Positions 9,675 through 19,954 are shown, numbered from the stretch's first letter. The stretch is 64,000 nt of DNA from an uncultured delta proteobacterium (GCA_963802945.1 CAWDKY010000015.1:344919-408918); one strand, 5' to 3'. Program-made: numbers and translations. Notes: a model not told the origin generated them from the sequence alone.

Positions 9675-10055
9675 TCAGGAGGGAGCGTTAGTTTTTTTAC
9701 CGAATAACTGATTCAGACGAAGGAGCAGGGAAAAGTCGCCTATGACTTTGTACTTCTGTTCCATAAACATCTGCTGACCGTCGGCCTTGCGGGTTAAGAT
9801 ATCCATCCAGATCTCAAAAGGGGATTCAATGGTCACCTCCGGGTTTTCGGCCTCACCCATTCCCGTGGTGATGCCGCCGTTTTCAATTTTAAAATAACAA
9901 GGCCCCTCAACTTCCCCGGAAAAATTAAATTGCATAACGGCCTTCAAGTCCTGGGCGGCTTCCGGATTGAAGCCCATAGACATGATTATCAGGAAGGTCT
10001 CGATGGAGTCTGGTCGCGGCATGATTTCTTTTTCGTCAAATTCCCTGGGGGACAT
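9675..10055 (-). CDS. SCP2 sterol/lipid-carrier domain protein
   Basis: 126 aa. The pattern VMQFNFSGE..G.CYFKIENG...GEAENPEVTIE...W..I..G...GQQMFM..KYK..GD is typical of SCP2. Confidence 0.75.
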   Translation of the reverse strand: MSPREFDEKEIMPRPDSIETFLIIMSMGFNPEAAQDLKAVMQFNFSGEVEGPCYFKIENGGITTGMGEAENPEVTIESPFEIWMDILTRKADGQQMFMEQKYKVIGDFSLLLRLNQLFGKKTNAPS

Positions 10056-10279
10056 TTTAACTTTGGTAGCACAACCTTGCTTTTTCTCCTTGACCCTTCA
10101 TCAGGCTTATTTTATGCTTTAACTATTCCCAAAAGTCCTCACTGCATTGACTGCAGGGGAAGAGAGGATAAACCCCCTGGATATTTAGAAGGGACAACAA
10201 TTCATTCTATTTCAGGGCTTCCTTTTAGTGAATGGTTTTCAATGAAGCCCTGATAATAAACTTAAGAAGGAGAAAGCAG

Positions 10280-11957
10280 ATGGCTGAAGTAAGAGCAGGT
10301 AAAATCTTGGTTAAAATACTTAAAGAGGCGGGCGTCAAGTTTTTATCGGGGATTCATGGCGGTCATCTGTGGCCCCTATTGAGTGCCCTTGATGAAGACA
10401 TGAGAATGATTCATCTTCGCCATGAACAGTCAGGACCTTATATTTCGGATGGGTGGGGCAGGACCACGGGCCGTCCCGGGGTATGCTTCGGGACCGCTGG
10501 ACCGGGGATGTACAATATGGTACCCGGTATCGCCCACGCCTTTTTATGCAAAAGTCCGGTGGTGGCCATCGCCGGTCAGCATGAGGCCTTTCATGATGGC
10601 TGGGCCCCATTCCAGGAAGGATACGGGGAAGAGGTCTGCCGGAGCTTCACCAAGTGGTCTAAAAGGATCGTTGATCCCCGGACTATGACCTTCCATCTCC
10701 AGAAGGCCTTGAGGGATGCGGTGGCCTATCCTCCAGGGCCGGTAGTCCTGGAGATCCCGGTGAATGTCCTGGGTAGAAGGGAAGAGGAGGCCAGGCAAAT
10801 AGGCTATATCCCGACGGATCAATGTGCTGATATGAGTAAATCTGTGGCCGATCCGATCCTGGTTGATAAGATCGTACAAATGTTTCTTGAGGCTAAAAGA
10901 CCGGCTATCATCGGGGGAGATGGGATCTACTGGTCGGGGGCCTCGGAAGAATTGAGGGAATTTGTTGAACTGCTGAATATTCCGGTCATCACCAGGCGAA
11001 TGGGAAGAGGGGCGGTTCCCGAGACCCATCCCCTGGCTTTTACCGGTGCTTTCCGGAGACCCATCTTAATGGTGCGGACGTGATCGCCGTCTTTGGGCTG
11101 CGGATGAGCAATCTGGAGCACTATGGCCAACCCCCGACTTACAGTCACCAGGCCAAATATATCCTGGTATCGGAGGCCTATGAAGATCTGGATGCCAGGG
11201 TCCCCACAGAAATCAGGCTCATGGCCAATCCCAGGCTGGTCCTCAGGCAGATGATCGATTGTGCCAAGGATCTGATCAAAGAAACCCCCGAGCGGACCGA
11301 ATGGCTTAAACAGGTAGCCACGGCCAAAGAGGCTGCCCGGAAAAAGCGGGTCGAGATGGTCGAAGGGGTACGTGAGCGCCAGGCCCATCAATCCGCATTT
11401 TCTGGCCCAGGAGGTCGTGGATTTTCTGGATGACAGCGCCACCATTATCCTTGGATTCCTATTCCATGGCCGGTTTTACCACCGACAAGATCGATGCCAA
11501 ATTCGCCGGGCAGGTCCTGGATGCGGGCACGGACGGAGGGGTCGGCCACTCGGTGGGGATAGCCATAGGCGCCCAGATGGGCAGACCCGGGAAGCAGGTG
11601 CTGGCCTTGCTGGGAGACGGCGGTTTAGGGGTCGCCGGATTCGATATTGAAACCGCCGCCAGGTACAAAATTCCGGCCGTGTACCTCCTTTTCAACAACA
11701 GCTCCTGGATAAGCACGGAGTTTCAGAAGACGACTTTACCCAAGGTGGATTCCTGGGGGATGCTGCCCGATATTCGATACGATAAGATGTTTGCCGAGGT
11801 GGGCTGCCACACCGAGTTTGTTACCGAACCGGAGCAGATCCGCCCGGCCCTGGAGCGGTCTTTTAATTCCGGGAAGACTTCCCTGATCAATGTTATTCCC
11901 GACAATACGATTTTACCTCCACAGATAGGCGTAAGCCAGGCCAGGGCACGCGAGTAG
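10280..11957 (+). pseudogene. ThDP-dependent enzyme (acetolactate synthase / oxalyl-CoA decarboxylase superfamily) interrupted by three frameshifts
   Basis: The Pyr domain (10280-11083), middle domain (11080-11433) and PP domain with GDGG...NNSSW (11430-11957) lie in three different frames. I located joins near 11066-11070 (TTAAT), 11372-11385 and 11453-11454 (GG). RBS AAGGAG precedes ATG at 10280. Confidence 0.75.
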
Positions 11958-11977
11958 TCCGGAAAGGAGAGGGTTTT

Positions 11978-12694
11978 ATGAGGATCGACGACAAAGAATG
12001 CGTAGGGTGCGGACTGTGTCTGGTCTATTGCCCCATGGGGGCTATCAGCATGGATGAGGAAACTGAGGCCGCTATGATCGATGAGGATGAGTGTGTGGAA
12101 TGCGGCGTCTGTTTCAGATCCAAGGTGTGTCCGGTAGATGCCTTTGAGGAAGAGGTCCATTCCTGGCCCCGTTCCATAAGGGCGGCTTTTTCCAATCCTC
12201 TTCTGGTCCACAAAGAAACCCGGGTTCCGGGTCGGGGAACAGAGGAGGCCAAAACCAACGATGTAACCGGGCAGTTCAGAAAGGGCTTTGTCGGTGTAAC
12301 CACAGAGATGGGCAGACCGGGTCTTGGAGCAAGATTCTATGATGTCGAAAAGGTGGCTCAGGCACTGGCCAGGGCCGGGGTTGACTTCGCTCCCAATAAT
12401 CCGGTCACCTATTTGATGGTTGATCAGAGAACCGGGAAATTAAATAAGGAGATTATCAACGAGAAGGTTTGTTCGGCCATGATCGAAAGCACCACCCCCA
12501 TTGAAAATCTCCCTAAAGTGATAAAGGAGCTGAAAGGGGTCGCTCCTCAGATAGAGACCGTTTTTAGTCTGACGATTTCAAGCCGGCTGGAGGATGACGG
12601 CACAGCGCCCTGCGAGAAAATATTGAAAGACCTTGAGGTGCCGTTTTACATCAATGGGAAAGACCAATGTGGGCCTGGGCCGTCCCTTGTTTGA
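11978..12694 (+). CDS. 4Fe-4S dicluster ferredoxin-domain protein with an uncharacterised C-terminal domain
   Basis: 238 aa. CVGCGLCLVYCP and CVECGVCFRSKVCP lie in the first 55 aa. The rest has no family I can name. Confidence 0.7.
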   Translation: MRIDDKECVGCGLCLVYCPMGAISMDEETEAAMIDEDECVECGVCFRSKVCPVDAFEEEVHSWPRSIRAAFSNPLLVHKETRVPGRGTEEAKTNDVTGQFRKGFVGVTTEMGRPGLGARFYDVEKVAQALARAGVDFAPNNPVTYLMVDQRTGKLNKEIINEKVCSAMIESTTPIENLPKVIKELKGVAPQIETVFSLTISSRLEDDGTAPCEKILKDLEVPFYINGKDQCGPGPSLV

Positions 12695-12706
12695 GGAGGT
12701 ATAGTT

Positions 12707-13330
12707 ATGACCCATACATTACACCGGCGAGGATCGGAAAAAAGTTTAGAGAGGGATTATGTCCTGTTGTGCATGGCCGCCAAGGGGATCAATGAAAAAG
12801 GCTCTGAGGAGAAGATGCGGGAGTTTCTGAGGATCAATCTGCGTCATAATCCGGTCAATATTGGGGATATGAGAACAGGCAATATGTACAATGTACCCAT
12901 CGATGAGATCATGAAAAAAGTCACCAGCACGAGCATTGTTCATGGTGTTTTCACCGATCAGGAAACGGTGATGAATGTCCTGAAGGATCTTAAGAAAGCC
13001 GATCTGGGACTGTCGGTCGTGGTCAGCGGTCCTTTCGGCTGTGTGGGAGAGCTTTGCCGGGCCGCCGGACTCCGTCCCCATTCTGTGGATTACTCAGGGG
13101 ATATCTGGGGGAAAAGGGATAAATTGCCGTCGGATGAGATACTGGAAGTGACCACCATGTGCGGTCACGCCATGGTGGCAACTAACTTGGTGAAGTCCCT
13201 GATCGATGAAATAAAAGCCGGGGAGAGAAGCGCCGAGGATGCCGGTAAAGAACTGGCCAGGATCTGTGAATGCGGGATATTCAACCCGGTCCGTGCAGCT
13301 GAACTTTTGAAGGGAATGGCCTCAAAATAA
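12707..13330 (+). CDS. Hypothetical conserved-looking protein
   Basis: 207 aa with a strong GAGGAGG RBS 8 nt upstream. Its composition is globular and it lies in the same operon as the ferredoxin-domain gene. I recognise no family. Confidence 0.5.
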   Translation: MTHTLHRRGSEKSLERDYVLLCMAAKGINEKGSEEKMREFLRINLRHNPVNIGDMRTGNMYNVPIDEIMKKVTSTSIVHGVFTDQETVMNVLKDLKKADLGLSVVVSGPFGCVGELCRAAGLRPHSVDYSGDIWGKRDKLPSDEILEVTTMCGHAMVATNLVKSLIDEIKAGERSAEDAGKELARICECGIFNPVRAAELLKGMASK

Positions 13331-13435
13331 GGTTAAGGTTCAAGTTCAAGGTGTAAGGTTCAAAGATAAAGACCGAGACCCTATACCCTACCCTTAGACC
13401 TTGTACCGGGGTTTTTTAGTTTAGGAGGTCTGAAA

Positions 13436-14613
13436 ATGGGTCTGCCATTGGAAGGAATAAGGGTCGTAGATTTTACCCAGTATCAACAGGGAACGGTCTG
13501 CACGGAGATGCTGGCCGACTGGGGAGCGGATGTAATCAAGATAGAGCCCCGCAATATCGGTGAACCGGGCAGGGGAGGAAACGCCTGGGGGCCTAAAGGT
13601 GTGCCCGTTTATTTTGAGGCTTATAACCGCAACAAGAGGAGCATGACCATAGACCTTAAGAAAGAGAAGGGCAAGGAGATCGTCTATAAACTGGTAAAAA
13701 CAGCAGATCTATTTGCCCAGAACTTCCGCCCTGGTGTGGCCGAACGCCTGGGTTTTGGGTATAAAGCCTTGTCCGAGATCAACCCCAGGATTATCTATCT
13801 GAGCGGGTCGGGTTTTGGCCTGAAAGGTCCCATGTGGGACCGTCCCGGATTCGATTCCGTGGGCCAGGCCATGGGGGGACTCATGAGCATCAACGCCCAG
13901 CCCGGTATGACCGAGCATATGGTAGGGACTGGAATCGGCGACCAGACAGGGGGTTTCCTGCTCAGCTGGGGGGCCTTGCTGGCCTTGATCGATCGTGAAC
14001 GGACCGGGAAAGGTCAGGAAGTTGATGTTTCTCTGATAGGCAGTGTGATCGCTTTACAAAGTTCGACCTTCCTGGCCCACCTTTTGACCGGCCATGTCCC
14101 AGAAAAACGAAGGGGTCGAATCACCACCACGGTCTTTGCCAGCAGCTTCACAGCCAAGGACGGCAAGTCTTTCATCATCCAGACCGTCGGCGCGGAAAAA
14201 AGGGACAAGGTCTTTGAACTGGCAGGTCTGGACAAAGACCCCAGGTTTGATACCAAGGAAAAAGGCGCCAAAATGAAGATGAAATGTTTAAGGCCTTTGA
14301 TGCCGTCTTTGCCACCAAGACCCGTGATGAATGGCTGAAGATTCTGGTGGAGGCTGATATCGTCTGCGCCCCGGTTTACAGCTACCCTGAGGTGGCCAGT
14401 GATCCTCAGGTGTTGGCCAATGAATATGTTGTTGAGATAAACCACCCGACAGAGGGTTCAGCCAGAATTATCGGTAATCCTATCCACCTCAGCCGATGTG
14501 AGGCCAGGACCGGCGTAGCCCCTCTATTGGGACAGCATACAGAAGAGATATTTAAAGAGGCAGGATATTCCTCGGAAGAGATCGCCGCCTTCAGAAAGGA
14601 AGAAGTGATTTGA
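13436..14613 (+). pseudogene. Family III (CaiB/BaiF/Frc-type) CoA-transferase with one frameshift in an A-run
   Basis: The N-terminus LEGIRVVDFTQYQQG...GADVIKIEP is diagnostic. The C-terminal part continues in ORF 14284-14613 in another frame. The join is at AAAA 14270-14273, where one more A would restore ...KGAKNEDEMFKAFD. Confidence 0.8.
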
Positions 14614-14757
14614 CTGTTCCCTCTTTAGGGAAACATGAAAGAAGAAAATTTCGAATATCAAATAATAAATGATGAATGTCGAAGAGGGAAGGGCATTACT
14701 TCATGATCAGAAATTTGATGTTCGATATTCAATATTTCTATTTTTGAATTAAGCCCT

Positions 14758-14785
14758 CATGCCCCTTGGTACCCCAAGGGGCATG
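14758..14785. terminator. Bidirectional terminator hairpin between convergent genes
   Basis: CATGCCCCTTGG-TACC-CCAAGGGGCATG forms a perfect 12-bp stem. It is flanked by AT-rich sequence between the CoA-transferase and ilvC 3' ends. Confidence 0.6.
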
Positions 14786-14838
14786 AAATTTGGCTTTTCA
14801 CCGAACACCGAACTCTTAACTCGAAACTTATCTTCGTA

Positions 14839-15938
14839 TTAAGCCTTCCGTCCTCCGACACCCTTAGTGCTCTTGGTAACGGTTTTGGCCTTCTCTTTGG
14901 GCCGCAAGGCTCGAACGGCAGCACCGGTCCGCCACATCTCGGAGTTACGCATTTGGCCTAATTCTTTGGCCAAGAGCGCCTGATAGTTCTTCCCACCGCA
15001 GCTCTTAATAACCCGTTCGGCTTCTTGGCCCGATGCAACGCGTTGGTATAGTACCTTGAATATCGGGGCAACGGCCTTTTTAAATTTCGGTTTCCAATCC
15101 AAGGCCCCGCGCTGTGCGGTGGCCGAGCAGTTGGAGTACATCCAATCCATGCCGTTTTCATCCACCAGTCGGATGAGACTCTGGGTGAGTTCTTCAACGG
15201 TTTCATTGAAGGCCTCGCTGGGGGAGTGACCATGCTTACGAAGTTCGTCGTACTGCGCCTCCATGACACCGGCCAAGCAGCCCATGAGTACACCCCTCGT
15301 TCGCCGACCAGATCGCTGTTGGTTTCGTGTGGGAAGGTCGTTGGGAACAGGTAGCCCGATCCAATGGCAATGCCGATGGCCAGGCAGCGTTTTTCGGCAT
15401 TGCCGGTGGCGTCCTGCCAAACGGCATAGCTGGAGTTGATACCGGCCCCGGAAAGAAAATTTCGGCGGACATTGAGGCCGGAGCCTTTTGGAGCCACCAT
15501 GATGACATCCACATTCTTCGGAGGCACCACCCCGGATTTCTTTTTATAAGTAATAGAAAACCCATGCGAGAAATAGAGGGCTTTGCCCGCCTTGAGATTG
15601 GCCTTGATAATCGGCCAGATCGCTCTTTGGGCGGCATCGGAGACCAGCATCTGGATGATCGTACCCCGTTTCGCCGCTTCTTCAATGGAAAAAAGGGTCT
15701 TACCGGGAACCCAGCCGTCGGCGACAGCACGGTCCCAGTCTCTTTTGAACTCACGGGCTTGACCGACGATGACATTGAAGCCGTTGTCTTTCATGTTTAG
15801 GGCCTGTGCGGGTCCCTGGACGCCGTAACCGATAACGGCGATAACTTCCTTCTTCAACACCTGGCGGGCCTTGGCCAAGGAAAATTCCTTTCGTGTCACC
15901 ACGGTCTCCCGGACTCCGCCAAAATTAATCTTTGCCAT
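14839..15938 (-). pseudogene. ilvC: Ketol-acid reductoisomerase with one frameshift
   Basis: ORF 14958-15938 reads MAKINFGG...VIGYGVQGPAQALN...SDLVGERGV and then goes out of frame. ORF 14839-15420 supplies ...GVLMGCLAGVMEAQYDELRKHGHSPSEAF... to the C-terminus. The join is at the GGGG run near 15291-15296. Confidence 0.85.
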
Positions 15939-16340
15939 AGTTTGCTATTCCTCCTTTTTAAATATGTCGAGTTATTACTTCGTCACCTATTCTTTCTGTT
16001 TTGAGATTATAGAATCAAACGGCCTATCTGTCAAATCCTTATCGGCACAACAAAGAATACATAAGGATTCAGGGGGCCAAGAAAAGGTTCAAGGTAAACC
16101 CTAAACCGTATACCGTCTTCCTTATACCAGCGGTTTATTTGAATCCTGGAATCCTCGAGCCCTATTTTAGTTATAAATACTTATTGACTTCAGGGAAAGA
16201 GTTTAGTAACGATTTTCTATAAATCCAAAAAGACAAGCCATGAGAAACCGGAAGGTCATTGTCTTGGCCACTGCCAGAAACTCTTTTTACCGGAAAATAA
16301 CTAACAAGAATCCACAAACAAATATTGAAAGGATCGGCCT

Positions 16341-17597
16341 ATGAACTTTTCCAATGAATACAATAAGGAACAGAAAGAATTCGCTAAAGAAGTTCGCACC
16401 TGGCTGAAGAATAACGTCCCTAAGGGACTCATCAAGCCCAGGAGTATTATGAAGATAAGCCGCGAACAATGGGAGATGCGACGCGATCTGTGCCGCAAAC
16501 TCGGAGAGAAAGGATGGTTGTATCCATCTTATTCACAGGAATACGGGGGGGGCGGCCTTGACGGAGACAAAGCCGCTGTTCTGTATATTGAGATGGCCAA
16601 ACAGGAGTTGAGCCTTCCCCCTGTATACGACTCAGGCAAACTGGCGGCACCGACCTTAATGGCCTGTGCAACGGATGAGCAAAAAAAACGTCTGCTTCCG
16701 CCCATACTCAAAGGCGAAGCGATCACCTGGCAGCTTTTCACCGAACCGGAGGCCGGTACGGACGAAGCTAACCAGCAGACCAATGCCCTGCGCTCAGTCC
16801 AAGAAAAAGATTATTTCATCGTCAACGGCAGTAAAATATTTGTCGGTGGGCTTTACGCCCCACCCGATCAATTTTTGCTTCTAACCCGAAGCAGTCTTGA
16901 AGCACCCAGGCATCAGAACCTGGCCATGTTTCTGGCCCCGGCCAATTTGACCGGTATTCAAATTTATCCGCTTGATCTTTTCCCAGAGGGCACGCTTGCC
17001 CAGGTCTGTTATCAATCCGCGGACAGCGCGCCGGGGGTCAAACATTCCGTATTTTTTGAAGATGTCAAGGTCCATGAATCCTACCTGATCGGCGGGGATC
17101 AGGACGGCTGGAAAGTCACCAACGCTACCTTGACGGTTGAACATGGAGACAGGGATAGCGACCATGCCGGTACCGGCGCCGCCTTTATTCCCCAAAATCA
17201 CCTGGTGGAAAAATTTCTTGACCAGTGCAAAAACAATCCGGAAATAAAGAGCCGGTTACTGGAAAATCCTCATTTGCAAGGGGACATGGTGGAGGCCTAT
17301 ATTGGCGGTCAGATAGAGAGACTTTTTTATATGCGAAACGCCGGTTTGCCCAGGGCCGGGAGGCGCGCCGCTTATGCGGGACCACAAACCAGCTTGTTTA
17401 CAAAAAATTTCGGCTTAAACATGACGAGTTACCTGTCCCAGGTTCTCGGTCCCTATACTCTGACCAGCGATGAGGAGTGGGGTCTGGAGGACGGCCTTTT
17501 TGAAGTCTGCGCACGAAGCGGCCTTTGTCTGGCACCGGGCGGCACCCCTGAGGCCTTGAAAATCATCATATCCCGGGCCTTGCGTATCGGAAGGTAG
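16341..17597 (+). CDS. Acyl-CoA dehydrogenase family protein
   Basis: 418 aa with typical ACAD N-terminal and middle segments (GWLYPSYSQEYGG, LFTEPEAGTD, F.VNGSKIFV). Confidence 0.85.
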   Translation: MNFSNEYNKEQKEFAKEVRTWLKNNVPKGLIKPRSIMKISREQWEMRRDLCRKLGEKGWLYPSYSQEYGGGGLDGDKAAVLYIEMAKQELSLPPVYDSGKLAAPTLMACATDEQKKRLLPPILKGEAITWQLFTEPEAGTDEANQQTNALRSVQEKDYFIVNGSKIFVGGLYAPPDQFLLLTRSSLEAPRHQNLAMFLAPANLTGIQIYPLDLFPEGTLAQVCYQSADSAPGVKHSVFFEDVKVHESYLIGGDQDGWKVTNATLTVEHGDRDSDHAGTGAAFIPQNHLVEKFLDQCKNNPEIKSRLLENPHLQGDMVEAYIGGQIERLFYMRNAGLPRAGRRAAYAGPQTSLFTKNFGLNMTSYLSQVLGPYTLTSDEEWGLEDGLFEVCARSGLCLAPGGTPEALKIIISRALRIGR

Positions 17598-17646
17598 ACG
17601 GTAGCTGGTATCCAAATATTAACAGGATGTGGAAAAACTCTTTTTT

Positions 17647-17803
17647 ACAGGTTGCTCAAAAAGGTTCAAATACAAGGCGTCCCGAAACCGGGAACCCGCC
17701 CCGAAGGGGTGGGACTGAGCGTTGCCCTTTAGGCGAAGAAATCCCGAGGAATGAGGACAATCCCGCCATTGGCGGGATTGATGGGCCTTTTTCAGCAACC
17801 TGT
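17647..17803 (+). repeat. MITE-like element with ~18-bp terminal inverted repeats, copy A
   Basis: ACAGGTTGCTCAAAAAGG ... CCTTTTTCAGCAACCTGT. The same ends and the internal CCGAGGAATGAGG recur at 55883-56007. Confidence 0.6.
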
Positions 17804-17840
17804 TGACGGAGCAAACCTTTTCAATAAGAGGAGATGACCT

Positions 17841-18971
17841 ATGAACTTGGATTTTAGGCTTAACGAAATGGAAGAAATACTTAAAACAACAACCGTTAAT
17901 TTTCTAAAACGGGATATCAATAAACAAACCCTGGAAGCTTTGCATGACTCCGACACCGGATACAACGAGGGTATCTGGCAAAAAGTCTGCGATATGGGCT
18001 GGCTGGGGATCATCACCCCTAAGAAGTATGGGGGGACAGGGTATCCCTTGACCACTGCCGGGGTCTTATTCGAAACCCTGGGGACCGCCCCCTTGCCCGG
18101 ACCTTATTTTTCCTCCGGCATACTGGGGAGTCTGATCATCCAGGAAGCCGGAACAGCAGAACAAAAAAAGGCCATTTTACCCAAGATTGTCACTGGAACC
18201 CTGGTCCCAGCCTTGGTCATGACCGAATCCGTAAACGGTTGGGGTGCTGGGCCGGGGAAAATCAGCGCCGAGAAAAAAGGGAAGGATTATTTAATAAAGG
18301 GGAATAAATTGTTTACTCCCGAAGCCATGTCGGCCACCCATCTGATTGTGCCGATCCGGACCGGGAAAAAAATCGATTCCGTTTCCCTTTTTCTGGTGGA
18401 CAAAAAGGCGGCTGGTGTTTCCATACGGCCACTGCCGGGTTATTTGATCGGCAGGGCCTTTGAAGTCAAGTTGGACTCGGTGAAAGTTCCGCCATCGGCT
18501 TTGTTGGGGGAAAAGGATAAAGGAGGAGCCGCCTTGATGAAGGCCATCCAGAAATCCATACCCGTGCTTTGCGCCTATCAGGTCGGGGGTTGTCGGGCGG
18601 TTTTCGAGATAGCCGTGGAACACAGCCGCGTCAGGGTTCAATTTGGCCAGGCCATTGGTCGTTTTCAACGGGTCCAAGATATGATCATTGAGATCATCAA
18701 TCAGGTCGAAGCCGCCCGCTGGACCACCTATGAGGCCCTGTGGAAACTGGATACCAAGGGGCTTGTTCCGGAAAGCATTCATCTGGCCAAAGCCGTGGCT
18801 AGTGAGGCCTATTGGCAAGCCTGCAATTTTGCCCATCGGGCCATCAGCGGCATCAGTTATTCCATGGAGCATCCCTTGAGCCTGCATACCAGGGCCTCCC
18901 GATATCTTTACAATTATCTGGGTGAGCCGGCTTATCACAAACAGCAGTTGGCCAAATTTTTATTACAATGA
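17841..18971 (+). CDS. Acyl-CoA dehydrogenase family protein (second adjacent paralog)
   Basis: 376 aa with GWLGIITPKKYGG and an ACAD-like C-terminal helical domain. RBS AGAGGAG is present. It sits beside the other ACAD, so a heteromeric pair is possible. Confidence 0.85.
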   Translation: MNLDFRLNEMEEILKTTTVNFLKRDINKQTLEALHDSDTGYNEGIWQKVCDMGWLGIITPKKYGGTGYPLTTAGVLFETLGTAPLPGPYFSSGILGSLIIQEAGTAEQKKAILPKIVTGTLVPALVMTESVNGWGAGPGKISAEKKGKDYLIKGNKLFTPEAMSATHLIVPIRTGKKIDSVSLFLVDKKAAGVSIRPLPGYLIGRAFEVKLDSVKVPPSALLGEKDKGGAALMKAIQKSIPVLCAYQVGGCRAVFEIAVEHSRVRVQFGQAIGRFQRVQDMIIEIINQVEAARWTTYEALWKLDTKGLVPESIHLAKAVASEAYWQACNFAHRAISGISYSMEHPLSLHTRASRYLYNYLGEPAYHKQQLAKFLLQ

Positions 18972-19119
18972 TGAGATCTCCTGGCCGCCAGCCATTGTAA
19001 GACATCGAAGCCCTTTTCTTTCCGGTTGTCGGTGAACCGGCAGATTGAAATCGATCCAGGCGACGAGGGGTTGAATCTATTTGTTGAGCATTGCAGAAAT
19101 TTTGAAGAGGAATTAGTTA

Positions 19120-19941
19120 TTGCCTGGTTCGACGATTTATCCGGTTCACCTCTGCCAACCGGATTCACAAAAGTCCTGTGGGGCCTGCTGCGGTCTTTAT
19201 AATTTTCAAGATCACTCCCGGGCAGCAGTGACGTCCTTATTGGAAAAAAGGACGCATCTTTTGCATTCATTCCAAGGAGGGATTCCTTTCGAGGAATATG
19301 TCCAAAAAGCCGCCTCTCTTGCCCGAAGCCCAAAGCTATTTGAGGTGATCCATAATTGTGATTATCTCGGTTTTTTGGATCTGGACCAGAAAAAAGTAGG
19401 TTGCCTTCTCCACCCTTCGGGCCATCAAGGTCAGGACCTCCGCCGGCACTCCTTTTATGGAGCCGAATTATGCGCCGGTCATTATTGCCCGAGCTATTCT
19501 TACTTGGATTCTATCGAGCAGAGAGCGGTCATTGCCGTTCTTCAGAATTGGTATTTGTACGGTCTGGTGATCACCGACATCGACCTGGTTAAGGAATTCT
19601 TTCACCATACCCAGACTCGTCTTGGGGAAAGTATTCGCCTGGAACGATTTGAGAATGAGGCCGTACGGAATGCTCTTGTGGACTTTTTTAGACTGAAAGA
19701 AGATTGGCCCTATGCCTCGGCTGAAAATCGGTTGGGTAAATATTATTTCTCTTATTCGGAATACCAGATTGCCCGAATCGAGTATGAAAAAAAATGGGGG
19801 ATAAAACCGTCCCGGTTCGACAAGATTCTGGTAAGCCTGTCTTCAGAATTTTCCTCTCTTGAGGATGTCAAGAGAGCCGAGGAAATCCTAGAAGAAAAAA
19901 TACAAAATTTCGTGAAGGCCTATCAGGAGATGAACCTCTGA
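19120..19941 (+). CDS. Cysteine-cluster protein (YkgJ/UPF0153-like CxxCxxCC motif), function unknown
   Basis: 273 aa with SCGACCGLYN near the N-terminus and further Cys/His residues. The track start is a TTG, so the start is uncertain. Confidence 0.5.
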   Translation: MPGSTIYPVHLCQPDSQKSCGACCGLYNFQDHSRAAVTSLLEKRTHLLHSFQGGIPFEEYVQKAASLARSPKLFEVIHNCDYLGFLDLDQKKVGCLLHPSGHQGQDLRRHSFYGAELCAGHYCPSYSYLDSIEQRAVIAVLQNWYLYGLVITDIDLVKEFFHHTQTRLGESIRLERFENEAVRNALVDFFRLKEDWPYASAENRLGKYYFSYSEYQIARIEYEKKWGIKPSRFDKILVSLSSEFSSLEDVKRAEEILEEKIQNFVKAYQEMNL

Positions 19942-19954
19942 TTTAAAGGACTCG

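Noticed and set aside
12692-12709. The in-frame TGA joining ORF 11978-12694 to ORF 12707-13330 as a possible selenocysteine codon.
   Set aside because: The TGA is embedded in a perfect GAGGAGG Shine-Dalgarno 8 nt before a good ATG. There is no Cys/redox context around it (…PSLV-U-GGIV…), and I saw no convincing hairpin right after it. Two separate, coupled genes is the simpler reading.
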